64,000 nt of DNA, taken from assembly GCA_965214705.1 (NCBI GenBank), contig OZ243972.1, positions 3,488,001 to 3,552,000 of the forward strand. The letters run 5' to 3'. This document shows positions 39,435 to 50,763 of this stretch, in pieces. The DNA comes from Alphaproteobacteria bacterium (GTDB taxonomy: Bacteria; Pseudomonadota; Alphaproteobacteria; UBA828). A program made the translations under genes and the position numbers. The number at the start of each line of letters is the position of its first letter. The first letter of the stretch is position 1. The notes beneath the pieces were generated by a model. It was given only the letters and a program-made list of their open reading frames with translations, was not told where the DNA came from and did no database searches.

Positions 39435-40495
39435 GACGCATCCGATCCCCTGACGGCCACGCGGTTTCCACCGTAGCGATCCTATCCGCATTACGTCAAG
39501 CATAACGCACGATGTCGGCGCCGCACCGCGGTCTCCCGACGGATCGCAACGGCCTGACAGTTCTCTCGATCCTCCGGGCATCTCGACGGTATGTCGTTTG
39601 CTCCGCTTCCGCTGGCGCCCGAGGATTGAACCCGGACCGCGTGATCAATTCGAGTGCGGCATTCTTCAATGCCGGGACCGGGGCCGGCGTCGCGTGGCGC
39701 CGAAACACCATTTCGGCGCGCGCGCCGTGCCCGCCACCGTGAATTCGCTTGCCAGCCGCGGCGGGCACCCGGCGAGCGGGGTGTCGGCGGAGGTGAGCGG
39801 GCGCGGGCTGCTGGCCCACGAATCGCGGGGCTTCCGCGACCGGGCCTCTCGGACTCGTTCGCCTGGGAGCCCGGGCGGGAGGCCGTCGCTGACGCTCACC
39901 CAGACGGTGTCTGACGCGCCGGATTTCCGGATGTCCTCGACGACTACGATATCGTGCTGACGGCGCCGCCGGGGTAGCGGAGAAGTGCGACGAAATTGGC
40001 GATAGCTGGAATCGCGCGACTCCGGAGAATCGTGGGGATAGCGCGAGAGGCGCGGCATGCGCCGCCTACAATACGATCGAATCCGGTAACTATACGGTTA
40101 CGGATTTCTTGAGAGAAAAATAAACTCAAGGAATACGGTGGGTTAAGAGGGTATGACGCACAAGAGTGGCGCAGGTCGTGCAGGCGTACGTCTTCGATCC
40201 GGGCCTCCTGGCGCACCTTGCGCTAGAGCGGCAAGTCGCGCGAGAGCGGCCGCTCGGGATCCGTCGGTGCAGGGAAGACGTAAGCGCTCCCCGATCGCGG
40301 CTGCCGCTCCAGGATGGCGCGGGCCGGCGCGTTGAGGAAGACCCGCCTCGGTCCCGTCTTGGCATTGTCGAGGTTGATGGTGTTCCCATCCACGTCCTGC
40401 CAGCGCAGGATCAAGATTTTGCTCTTTCGGCAGCCGGTCAGCAGCAGAAGACGGATGACGTCCGCTTGCCTCGCGCACGACGGCCGTTCGCTAAC

Positions 40496-42655
40496 CCCAA
40501 GTTGGCACTTTTTCCGGTTGCTCAATGCCGGTCTGCCCATATTTTGCGGACCGAAGTACCACATATTGGGGTAGCTCCGAGATGATGCCACTATATGTGT
40601 AATTGAGGCGCTGGAAGCGCGTTGTAGTGCCAGGAGTTGTTAGGTATTGACGATTTTCCCTTGACCCCAGACCCCAAGCCGACAAATCTTGGCCCCTCGC
40701 AACAATCTCGCGACGGGCGACATGTTCATCAGGGCAACCAAGACCCACACCACCGACGGCAAGCCCGTCCGAAGCCATCGCCTCGTGCTCTCCCAGCGCA
40801 TCGGCGACAAGGTCAGGCAGCGCACGCTCCTCAACCTCGGCACCGACTATCCGGTGCCGAAGGAGAAATGGCGCGAAGTGGCCGAACTCGCCGAGGCGCT
40901 GCTGCACGGCCGCCCGCCGCTGCTCCAAGCCGTCCCGGACGTGCAGGCCGCAGCCGAGGACATCGTCGCCAAGCTCAGGGCCAGGGGGTTCCGTGCCGAG
41001 GCGATGCAGGAAGAGGCGCGCAAGCCCGAGATCGCCACCGTCGACCTCGATACCCTGGAGCATGAGAACCCGCGCACCGTCGGCTGCGAGCGCCTGTGCC
41101 TCAAGGCCCTCGACGACCTTGGCTTCGCCGAAATCCTCCACGGCCTCGACATCAAGGGCCGCGACGGACGCATCGCCAGCGCGCTGATCGTCGCCAGGAT
41201 GGTCCATCCCGCCAGCGAGCGTGATACCAGCCGCTGGCTCCGCCACGACAGCGCGGCCGCCGAGCTCCTGGGCCTGGAGGGCGACCGCAAGGCGCTGCGG
41301 CGCAAGACGCTCTACCGCATCGGCGACCTGCTCTGGCGCCACCGGGCCGCCATCCAGAGGGAACTGTTCAACCGTGAGCGCGCGCTGCTCGACCTGCCCG
41401 AGACGATCGCCTTCTACGATCTCACCAACGTCCACTACCACGGCCACACCGACGGCGAGCTTCCCAGGTTCGGGCGCTCCAAGCAGAAGCGCGACGACTG
41501 TCCCCTCATCACGCTGGCGCTGGCGCTCGACGGTGCGGGCTTCCCGCGCAGTTGCGAGATCCTGCCCGGCAACGTGAGCGAGCCGGGCACGCTGCACGAG
41601 GCGCTGGCCCGGCTCGAGGCGGTATGCGGCGGCACGGCGGCGAAGCCCACGGTGGTCATGGACGCGGGCATCGCCACCGAGGAGAACATCGTCTGGCTGG
41701 GCGAGCAGGGCTACGACTGGATCGCGGTCAGCCGCGGTGCCAGGCCTGCGCCGCCCGAGGGCGGACCCGAGGCCCTGCTGATCACCAGCGCGCGCCACGA
41801 GGTGCGGGCCTGGCGGCTTGCCAGCGAGGACGGCGAGGCGCGGCTCTACGTCGTCAGCGAGGGCAAGAAGAAGGCCGAGAACGCGATCATCGGCCTGAGG
41901 CGGAACCGCTTCGAGGCGGCGCTGCAAAGGCTCCACGGCGGCCTTGCGGTCAAGGGCCGCCTCAAGCGCTACGACAAGGTGCTGGAGAGCATAGGCCGCC
42001 TCAAGCAGCGCTTCTCCGCCGTCGCCAGGCACTACGAGATCACGGTCGAGAAGGCGGACACCGGCCCCAATGCCACCGCCGTGCGCTTCAAGCGCAGGCC
42101 GCGATACGACGAGGCCGATGAGGGCGCGGGCGCCTATGTGCTGCGCACCAGCCACGTCGACTGGGATATCGAGACGGTCCTGCGGACGTACTGGCGGATC
42201 ACGGATATCGAGGCGACATTCCGAAGCCTGAAATCCGAACTCGGCCTTCGCCCGATCTGGCACCAGCTCGACCGGCGCATCGCGGCCCACCTGCTGATCG
42301 CCGTGCTGGCCTACCACGCCGTGCATCTGATCCGTACCCGGCTGGCCGCGCGGGACATCCACAAGTGCTGGGCATCGATCCGCGAGAGCATGCGGACCTG
42401 GGTGCGGATCACCACGCGCCTGCGCCAGACCGACGGCACCTTGATCGTCAATCGACAGGACACGCGCCCGGCCGCTGAGGTTGCCGCAATCTCCTCGGCG
42501 GCGGGCGTGGACCCCGCCATCCACCGCACGAGGACCCGCCTGCCGAACTGACAGAATCCAACAAAATGTAGTGCCATGTTGGAACCGGCCGAGAGAAATA
42601 TCGCGTTACATCAACACGATAAAGGACATGGGTAGGACAAAAGTGCCAACTTGGG
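40496..42655 (+). mobile_element. IS1634-family element
   Basis: 17-bp TIR CCCAAGTTGGCACTTTT; flanking duplication TAAC. Confidence 0.9.
40722..42551 (+). CDS. IS1634 transposase
   Basis: FYDLT, FGRSKQKR, PGNVSE, VMDAG, IEATFRSLKSELGLRPIWH. Confidence 0.92.
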   Translation: MFIRATKTHTTDGKPVRSHRLVLSQRIGDKVRQRTLLNLGTDYPVPKEKWREVAELAEALLHGRPPLLQAVPDVQAAAEDIVAKLRARGFRAEAMQEEARKPEIATVDLDTLEHENPRTVGCERLCLKALDDLGFAEILHGLDIKGRDGRIASALIVARMVHPASERDTSRWLRHDSAAAELLGLEGDRKALRRKTLYRIGDLLWRHRAAIQRELFNRERALLDLPETIAFYDLTNVHYHGHTDGELPRFGRSKQKRDDCPLITLALALDGAGFPRSCEILPGNVSEPGTLHEALARLEAVCGGTAAKPTVVMDAGIATEENIVWLGEQGYDWIAVSRGARPAPPEGGPEALLITSARHEVRAWRLASEDGEARLYVVSEGKKKAENAIIGLRRNRFEAALQRLHGGLAVKGRLKRYDKVLESIGRLKQRFSAVARHYEITVEKADTGPNATAVRFKRRPRYDEADEGAGAYVLRTSHVDWDIETVLRTYWRITDIEATFRSLKSELGLRPIWHQLDRRIAAHLLIAVLAYHAVHLIRTRLAARDIHKCWASIRESMRTWVRITTRLRQTDGTLIVNRQDTRPAAEVAAISSAAGVDPAIHRTRTRLPN

Positions 42656-43302
42656 TAACGTGCCGGTCCAGTGTGCGGTGAAGACACGCGACTTCGTCGC
42701 GCGACAGGAATCGAGTGAGCTTCGGACGGGGGTTCCACTTCACACCTTTGGCGGGGTTCGACTGAAGGTGGCCGGCCGCAACCGCGTGGTTCAGTATCCG
42801 GCGGAGCAGGCTCAACGCGTTATTAGCCCCGCCCGGTGCGGTCAAGCTGTATTCGTCGAACCAGCGGGTGACGCCGGCGCGGGTGATACGGTCCAGCGGT
42901 AACGTTCCGAAGGCAGGAAGCAGGCGCGCATCGACAATCCTGGCCGCAGCCTTACGCGTCGACGGCTTGCCCCGGTCGAAACACGTCCGCCCCACACCTG
43001 CGGCAAAATCCGCGAACGTCGGGGCCGCGCTGCGGTGCATTCGGCCGGTCTGCGACCCGGTCTCGATGGCGATGCACCTGGCGCGCGCCTCCTCGACACC
43101 CAGCAGCACGGCAGGACCGAGGGTGATCCTTCGCGCGCCGCCTTCGGCATTCCGCCGATACACGAAGGTCCGGTGACCCGACGGCCGGACGCGTACGCCG
43201 AGACCAGCGTGACGCGTGTCCCAGACCGTATACTCGCCGGCCGCCGGCGCCAGTCTCGCGACATTGGCATCGGTCAGACGCCGTCTTTTCGCGGCCACGT
43301 CT

Positions 43303-43573
43303 CAACCCTCGATGGCGCGACTCGGCAACCTTTACGACAGTGCCATGATGGAGAGCTTCATGAAGGCGCTGAAGGTCGAGGGCGTCTACCCCATGGCCTT
43401 CGAGAGCACAGACGAGGTTGCGGAACACCTGCCGTGCTTCATCGACAGTTACAACGAGAGGCGCCTACACTCGGCGCTCGGCTACCTAAGCCCCAACCGC
43501 TTCGAGGAGGAACACACCCGCAACCCGGTCAAATCCGCCGCATTAAACTGTCCGCCCCCAAGGGCCCACTCCA
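43303..43573 (+). pseudogene. IS3-family remnant (integrase-core C-terminus and right end)
   Basis: YDSAMMESFMKALKVE...YNERRLHSALGYLSP; end CTGTCC...CCACTCCA. Confidence 0.82.
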
Positions 43574-45279
43574 TGCGGCGGAGTAAAATTGTACCACGGT
43601 CTCGGCGGTAGCTTGTCCCCGTAGTCCACGGGAGGGACCCGCGCGCGGGGCGCCGCGCCCTCGGCGCGGCTGGCGGCGGCCCGCGCGCAGGCTGGGCCTG
43701 TGGGCCCACGGGGGCAAGCGGGGTTATTCGGAAGGAGGCCGGCGCCGCGATCGGCTCTGCTTGAGCCGGTAGCTCTCGCCGTTCATCTCCAGGATACGGA
43801 CATGGTGGGTGATGCGGTCGACCAGGCGGCGCTCGCAGTCGATCATCTCCATCTCCACCAGTCGGGCGAGGAACTGCACGTGATCCAGGCCGTCTGCCAC
43901 GCACTGGCGGGCCAGTTTCTCGTATTCGCGCAGGAAGGTCGGCAGCTTGAGCTTCTTCAGGTGATGTTCGAGCAGGATGCGGGGCGGCTCAGCCATGGCC
44001 GGCTCCTGCGACGAGCAGGGTGGCGTAGTCGGCGCTGCGAGTGGCGGCGATGAAGGGCTGGGGCAGGTGCGGGTAGCGTGAGAGGTCGAGACGGGCCGGG
44101 CGCTTCTCGATGCGCGCCAGCAGCAGGTGCTTGACGGCATCGAAGCCGATCAGGCGGCACTTCACCGCGTCCTGCACCGCGGCCGTCACCGTGTTCTCGG
44201 GGAAGTCCTCCAGCAGGCGCAGGGTCTGGATGTAGTCCCGCTTGCCGCGCGGCCCGAAGCGGGCCTCCAGGAGGCGGCGTAGCGCATCGAAGGCCGGATC
44301 GAGCTTCCATCCCCGCAGCGCCGCCGCCTTCTCGCCCTGCTCCAGTGCGTCGAGCTGCTCCAGGCGGCGCGCCAGCAACCGCTCGTTCAGAACGTCCAGA
44401 TCGGCCACCTTCGGGATCTGCACCATGAACGTGCGCCGCGCCGTCTTCACCAGCGCCTCCACCTTGCCCTTGCCGGGCCGGCCGAAGCGGTCGCGGAACA
44501 GGTAGTGCGACTGAAGATGCGTGAACGCTTGGGTGCGCTGACGGGTGCCGTCACCGAGGATCCGCGCCACCGCCAGCGTCGTGTTGTCATAGAGGATCAG
44601 CGCGGCACCCCGACGAGGAAGGCGAAGGCGCTGACATGGCCGTCCAGAAACGCCTCGGTCGTCTCCTTCGGACAGGCCTTCACGAACCAGACGTCGGAAT
44701 GCGGCAAGATCAGGCAGAAGAAGGCGATCTTCTCGCGAATGCCCCCGACCTCCACCACCGCCTCGCCGAAGTCGACCTGGTCATGGCCCGGCGGCTGATG
44801 CAGCGGAACGAAGGCCTCGCGCACGGACTGCCGCTGCGAGCGGACGTAGTCCTTGACGATCGTGTAGCTGCCCGTGAACCCGTGCTCGTCCCGCAGCCGC
44901 TCGAAGATCCGATGCGCCGTGTGCCGCTGCTTGCGTGGCACGTCCGGGGCCCTGTCCGCCTCCAGGATCGCGTCGATGATGCCGGTGAAGCCCTCCAGCT
45001 TCGCCGCCGCACCGGCTTGGTCCGCCGATACCCCGGCGGCGCCGAATAGCTCAGCATCTTCTTCACCGTGCGACGGTCGATACCAAACCGCCGGCCCGCT
45101 ACCCTGTGGCTCAGACCCTCCTCGACAACCGCCAGTCGAACCGCCGCATAAGAGTTCCACGCCGTACATCGCCCGCCCCTCGCCACAACCGACAAGGGCC
45201 ATAGGTGGCGCATTCTTGCGCCGCCGCGACCAAACCGGCCGGCCGCTCCGCGTGGACCATTATTCCGCCGCCGTTAACA
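43574..45279 (-). mobile_element. Decayed IS21-family element (istA and istB fragments)
   Basis: PRKQRHTAHRIFERL, QVDFGEA, internally deleted IstB (LKLPTF...ILEMNGESYRL); ends GCGGCGGAGTAAAATTGTACCA and TGGACCATTATTCCGCCGCCGTTAACA. Confidence 0.85.
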
Positions 45280-45717
45280 CCTGGACGATGGTGAAGAGAC
45301 GGTTGCTGGCGTCGAGCTTCTCGATCTGATCGGCGAACTTGAACCGCTCGAAGATGTGCGCGCGGTCGGGGAAAAACCGTTGATGTACGACACGAGGTTC
45401 GGCGCGATGTTCTCGGCATCGCCGAGCAACCGGGCAAAGGTGTAGGGGCTCGTGTTGTAGAGCGGATGCTTCCGCTGGGGGTCAGCGGCCTTGTCGAGCA
45501 GGCGTTCCATTGCCGCCTCGGGCATCTGCGGCGCCTCGAGCTTGTCACGCTCCTTCAGAACGGCATCCTTGGTTGGCTCCAGGACACAATCGAGGCGACG
45601 CAAGACGACCATGGGCAGCATGACCGGGCGGTATTGAGGAGGCCGGTACGGCCCTCTGAGCCGGTTCACGATTTCCCAGATCTTGGATCTAAGCGCGTCG
45701 TGCGTCTGAACGTTCAC
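45280..45717 (-). pseudogene. hsdM: Type I R-M HsdM N-terminal fragment
   Basis: IWEIVNRLRGPYRPPQY...MVVLRRLDCVLEPTK...YINGFS; frameshifted and cut by IS21. Confidence 0.85.
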
Positions 45718-46822
45718 AGGAAACCTTCTCTCGGGTGTGTTCGCCGCGAGGGCAGTGCGGCGGCTCGATCACTCGTTGTCGCATCCTCGGGTGACCGGCG
45801 CCCACTGAATAGTCTCGTTTGAATGGTAATGCACGGCCGGTTGGTTCACCACGATGGGCGACCGACGTAGCGGAGCCAAGTATCCGACCTTGGCATGAAA
45901 ACCGGTACCGAGACTGGCGGCCTGATGCTGTCTCAGGCGGCGCGCCGAGAAGCAGTCGAGCCCAACGTCATCGCAGGCGCCGTCGATAAAAGGTGCATCG
46001 CCGCATACGCGCGCGCAGCCACGCGCGAACTCACCCAACTCGAGGTTCGGGCCCGGGCAGCCCGCCCTCGGGCACCTGAGAACTTCGATAGCTACATAGC
46101 CCTTGCTTAGGGGGCCATTACGTCACTCCGACTATCTGTATCCCTGTACATCTCACACCGTCGCGAATTTGGCCTCAATGGTCGTCATCTCGATCCAACC
46201 AAGGAGTGCAAAAACGCTGGTGTGTGCAGGATGAACAATTCGCAGAAGGGGGTAAATCACGTGCAGGGGGATGAATCTAACGACAGAGGGATGGTGAATC
46301 TTCTGCACGCTAACTGCTAGTCAGAGAATCGTGAATTAGTCCTTGTGCATGAGAGAGAACATTGGCAAAGATTAACGATGGAACTACTCGAGGAGAATTG
46401 CGCGCATCTAGGCCGAGAAGGCCTTCGGCTATGGTACGGCATGGTGGCACGAGCCTGGAGAACTGATGGAGGTGACAAAGCGATGCGCACGCCACGTTGT
46501 GGGGAAGGAGGCCCACTACATCAGGCGTTCAGCGACGTATCAGGAGAGGAAGTGTTGGCTCGCCGAACCGGAGCCGATGGCGCCGGGGCTCGGTGGTGAG
46601 CCCACATGCAGGCAAAAAGTTCTAGGCTGAATGGCTGGCGATAAGAGGAGCATTAAAGGAACAACGGGCTATCTCCATTTTGCCAAATTGGCAAAGATTT
46701 GTAGAAGGGCGCACTTTGCCAAATTGGTGAGTATTCTAATTTAAACTTGCCCCTGTTCGAAACAGGGAGTAGTAGAGCTGCCCGGGTCGCTCAAAAAGCG
46801 ACGCTGCGATACGGGAGCACCC

Positions 46823-47030
46823 ATGACCCTTGGCGACAGTTGCTTCGGCGTTAACGTCAACCCCTCCGGCGACCCACGCATCGTGGACATCAAACGTCGC
46901 GCGGCGGGCCCGATCGAAGTGAGCATCGGCGAGGACCGTCCTAGCGGGATCGCCCAGTTCCAGGCACTGTCGATGAAGAACATCGAAACCGGCACCATGC
47001 GGACGGCCAAGGCCGCGGCACTGTCGGGGT
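46823..47030 (+). pseudogene. Possible degenerate Acb2/Tad1-like small helical protein
   Basis: GGAG RBS; GVNVNPSGD...IKRRAA...ALSMKNIETGTMRTAKAA; no stop at the expected position. Confidence 0.45.
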
Positions 47031-48044
47031 GCCGCGTAACTCGGCCCGTGCCCTGCCGTCTGGTAGCCGCCGTCCCGAGCGTAGAAGCGCCCCTCGCTAT
47101 CCATGCCGCTAGCCTCGAACGGTGCTCGTCCCTCTACCCGTTACCCACGCGTAGATGCGCCGCACTCCACAACAAGACCGCCTTGCGGCACATCCGGTCG
47201 ATCTCCTCTTCGCGCCCCGCCGGACGCGCAAGAGTGCCGGACGCCGAAGCACGCTGGTGCCGCCCGGCCGGCCTGCAAGCCGCCTCGACGAGACCCCCCC
47301 CCCCCCGCGACGGCCTCGACACCCCTGTGCGGTACGCCTACGCGCCGAGATAAGCGCCTCGAGGCATCCTGTCTTCACCCCGCTTCGCCATGCCGCACTA
47401 AGCCACCAAACACTGTTGCACCCCAGTTCGCCCGAATTTGCGCGTTCCGACCCCCGCGGAACCCCCTGCACCGAACGCCTCGACGGCTCGCCAAGCATCC
47501 GAAACCGCGCTCGCCGACGCCGAAAGTGCCCCTCACAGGCGCCTCGCCGCATGCATAGACACGCTAGCGCCGCACGGCCGCGCCATGCGCGTAGAGCGCA
47601 GCGTGCGCTGCAGCATGCGCGCTTCAACTACAACATCTTGTGGCGCGGCACTTCCGTAATCGCGAAGACAGGCTAAGTGGTTGAAATGGTATAGATCAGA
47701 ATTTACCAGAAACGATGTTATGCGAATTTCCGGCGCATCGGCCACGCGTGGAACGCATGGCGCCTCGATGGCGCGCGACATCGGCCAGCCAAGCTCCGCC
47801 GGCACCTCGACGGGCGCCCCGACGTGGTGCGAGCGGGTGCGGCCTCGACAGCAGCGCCAGGCCCGAAACTCAAGGCCAGCGCCGGCTGCAGCGCCAAGCC
47901 GTGCCGACACGCCCGCGCACGCTCGACCGGCGGCGCAGAGCGGGGAGGGGGGCCGACCTGCGGCCGGCGGCCGCACTGCGTCAGGTCCCAGCACATCCCA
48001 GCGCCCCAATTGCCCATCAAGTGGACAGAATCAGAAGGATTGAA

Positions 48045-49718
48045 CCTAAATCCCGCAGTTGGGGGCGATGATCGGTCGATTTCCGGGCTCAATTTCAGCC
48101 TGCCAGCGCAGGCCGAGGCGGTGGAATCCAGGGCTGGCGACCCGGCTGGCGGCCCCGGAGGTACTTCTTCAGCGCTTCCGCCAGGATCCGGCGCCAGCGA
48201 TCCTCAGCGCTCAACTGCTCCGCACTTGTCAGCAGAGTCTGGAAGAAGCCGGTGATCCGCCGCAACGCCGCGACCACGGCCCCCCGCCGCCCGTGGCTCG
48301 ACGTCACCGTCAGCCGGGTTTGACCGGCGTGATGGGTCTGGCGGGCAACCCCATGCAGCAGGAGCGGTCGGCTGGTGATCGCCTCGCGGTGGTGATCGGG
48401 GTCCGCCAAGCGCACGAACAGGCTCCACCAATTGTAAATGAGCGCGATCAGCCGGGCCATGTGCTGGCAGCGCTTCAGGTCTCGCGTGGTGAAGCCGCCC
48501 CAGCCCCACTGGTTCTTCAACTCGTCGAAGCCGTTCTCCGCGTCCGCCCGATCCCGGTAGAGCTGGGCGATCGAGAGAACCTCCAGATCCAGAGACGTCG
48601 CCAGAACCGCAAACTCCCACACCTTGGTGCCAGGCTGCGCGTCGGCCCAGAAGAGATCGCCCTGACCGTCGTCTGCGCGCGTCAGCGCCACCGTCCCGGG
48701 AAGCCGACGGCGCAGCACCACCACGCGACGCGTCCGGCTCCAGCCATGCAAGCGAAGCTCGGCCTCGATCCCCGACCAGCCCGGGCCCGCGTCCGTCCAC
48801 TCGTCCCGCGTCATCAGGCACTCGGCAAGCCGGCGCGCGCCCTTGGTCAGGCGCAGCTTGAACAGATAGTCGAGACCCGCCCCCTCGCACGACGCCATGT
48901 TGCCCTCGTTGCCCCAGTCCTTGTCGCCCCGTACGAGCCGCGGCCAGTTCTCACGGCCGAGGCGGTCGAGCAAGGCCCACAGCGAAGGCGCCGCGTTCTT
49001 CGAGTGGTGACGGTTCCCGGGCGCGACATCGACGTCCAGAACAAGGCGCGTGCCCGCCATCAGGAACGCATGGTAGGCATGCGACGGACGGCCCGGCTTC
49101 TTCGGGTTGTAGCTCACCACAGCCCCCTCCTGGTGGCCGTAGAGCGGCTTGATCGTTGTGTCGCAATCCAGAACCCACGGCTCGCTCAGCAAGGGCCGCG
49201 CCGTGTCGTCGAGATGGCCGTGCAGCCAGGAAGCGCCGTCCTCCGCGTCGATCCGTCCCAGGCCGCGCCGAACCGAGTCCTCGCTCGCCACCTTGGTCAT
49301 GCCCAACAGCGACGGATTGACGCCGTCGCCGCGCAGCGCCGTGATGTGCGCGTAGCGCCAGTGTCCTGCGAGGGCCGACAGCATCACCGTCCCCAGCACG
49401 TCCCGCTTCGAGGGCGCGTTCGGGCTCGTGTAGTGCAGCGGGCAGTCCGCCACCAGCGCGTCGAAGCGGCCGCTGACTTTCAGGTATTCGGCGAAGAACA
49501 CCAGATGACCCAGCGGTGTGGCCGCCGCATCCGGGTCCCATTCGACGTGGACGGTGCCGCCGAAGGTGTCCACCTTCACGGCCTCTCGGGCGAGCTCCCG
49601 CGCAGTGCTGGGACCATCACCCGCAGGGTGAGCCTCAAGGGCCTGTTTCGATTCGCTCATGCCCCTAGCCTACAAGGCTTTTTCGTGATCGGCCCCGAAA
49701 CCAACTGCGGGATTTAGG
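48045..49718 (-). mobile_element. IS1380-like element
   Basis: 18-bp TIR CCTAAATCCCGCAGTTGG; 5-bp duplication TTGAA. Confidence 0.88.
48095..49660 (-). CDS. DDE transposase (IS1380-like)
   Basis: LDCDTT...YGHQEGA, VRGD, YRDRADAENGFDELK. Confidence 0.88.
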   Translation of the reverse strand: MSESKQALEAHPAGDGPSTARELAREAVKVDTFGGTVHVEWDPDAAATPLGHLVFFAEYLKVSGRFDALVADCPLHYTSPNAPSKRDVLGTVMLSALAGHWRYAHITALRGDGVNPSLLGMTKVASEDSVRRGLGRIDAEDGASWLHGHLDDTARPLLSEPWVLDCDTTIKPLYGHQEGAVVSYNPKKPGRPSHAYHAFLMAGTRLVLDVDVAPGNRHHSKNAAPSLWALLDRLGRENWPRLVRGDKDWGNEGNMASCEGAGLDYLFKLRLTKGARRLAECLMTRDEWTDAGPGWSGIEAELRLHGWSRTRRVVVLRRRLPGTVALTRADDGQGDLFWADAQPGTKVWEFAVLATSLDLEVLSIAQLYRDRADAENGFDELKNQWGWGGFTTRDLKRCQHMARLIALIYNWWSLFVRLADPDHHREAITSRPLLLHGVARQTHHAGQTRLTVTSSHGRRGAVVAALRRITGFFQTLLTSAEQLSAEDRWRRILAEALKKYLRGRQPGRQPWIPPPRPALAG

Positions 49719-49737
49719 TTGAATCGGGAGGACTGAA

Positions 49738-50202
49738 GTGGACAGCCGGGAATGCACAGAATTGAAGTGGACGCCGCCGCCGAAAGGGTCACCGGCCGAT
49801 CGGGTTCTCGATAACTTGGGTCAGTTCAGAAGGCCCAGTTGGGAACGCGCGTGTCGCTGTTGCCGGGGCTGGAACGTGACCGACACGAAGAAGCTGGCTG
49901 AGGAAGCGGCGCGGGGCGGGGACCCGCGACTGTCGTGGTGCCTGCCAATCCTCGAGGCTCGGGATCGGCGTTCTTCCCTGAAAAAAGAAAGAAACCCGGA
50001 CGAGGAGGTTCGGGACGTGATTCGGCGGGGCCGACCGTACTCGGACAGGGGTTGGCAAGCATATCGACTCAAGGCACGCGGGAGGCGCACGTGGGCGTCC
50101 ATCGCACGCGAGCTCGGTCTGTCGGACGCGCGCAAGGGCGACGTTGCGCTGCGGATGGCGAAGCGCCACGCGCAGCACGAAGCGCTGCCGTGGCCGTTGT
50201 GA
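49738..50202 (+). CDS. Hypothetical protein with C-terminal HTH-like segment
   Basis: GGAGG RBS and GTG start; TWASIARELGLS. Confidence 0.5.
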   Translation: MDSRECTELKWTPPPKGSPADRVLDNLGQFRRPSWERACRCCRGWNVTDTKKLAEEAARGGDPRLSWCLPILEARDRRSSLKKERNPDEEVRDVIRRGRPYSDRGWQAYRLKARGRRTWASIARELGLSDARKGDVALRMAKRHAQHEALPWPL

Positions 50203-50415
50203 GGACGCAACCAAGAGCGACGATGACCCCGCCAACAAACTCGACTGCACGATCGTGAAAGCGTCCGATCAGACGCTTGAGACGCAGAGGGATAGGATAA
50301 GAGGCGCCATGAGTACGGATGGAACGCCTGCCTCGGCGACATGCCCGCGGATGCTATCGGTGGCGCAGGCCGCCGCCCATATCGGGCCGCGCGAGCCCGG
50401 AAGGGACGCAGACGA

Positions 50416-50763
50416 ATGCCTCGACTCCTGACCCTCGAGGAAGCCGCCGCCGAGCTTGGCGTGTCGGCTCGCGGACTACGCCGCGATGCTGAGCGGTTGG
50501 GATTCCTCGTCAAAATAGGCCGCGCCGTCCGAATCGATCCAAACGATCTGGGGGAGTTTGTGAAGCAATGCCGCGTAAATCCGAAGGAGCAAGACTGTAC
50601 CGCCGTTCCGATGCCCGTGGTGCCGGAACCTACGAAATTCGGGACGGCTCACGACGCATCAGCACGCGCACTAGCGACCGCCGACGCGCTGAGGAAGCCT
50701 TCGCGCGGTACATCGCGACACGGGGACGGCCCTCCACCGGCCCCCGTGATCCCGTTCAAGTGA
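50416..50763 (+). CDS. Excisionase-like HTH protein
   Basis: MPRLLTLEEAAAELGVS...VKIGRAVRID; overlaps the integrase start. Confidence 0.75.
   Translation: MPRLLTLEEAAAELGVSARGLRRDAERLGFLVKIGRAVRIDPNDLGEFVKQCRVNPKEQDCTAVPMPVVPEPTKFGTAHDASARALATADALRKPSRGTSRHGDGPPPAPVIPFK

Larger units (their letters stand above)
40143..43298 (-). pseudogene. Arm-binding tyrosine integrase, split by IS1634 and decayed
   Basis: N-part WDTRHAGLGVRV...LDRHV joins SERP...LLLLTGCRK, then HDLRHS in another frame; C-terminus missing. Confidence 0.85.

Noticed and set aside
46224-46305. Loose ~20-bp repeats (CAG..GG..GAATC-like) as iterons
   Set aside because: Too degenerate and no rep gene nearby
47294-47306. C13 homopolymer as a phase-variation tract
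   Set aside because: Not in a credible gene or promoter; could be a sequencing artefact
48019-49772. Three AAGTGGAC copies around the IS1380 site as integrase arm sites
   Set aside because: Only 8 bp with irregular spacing; cannot be separated from chance
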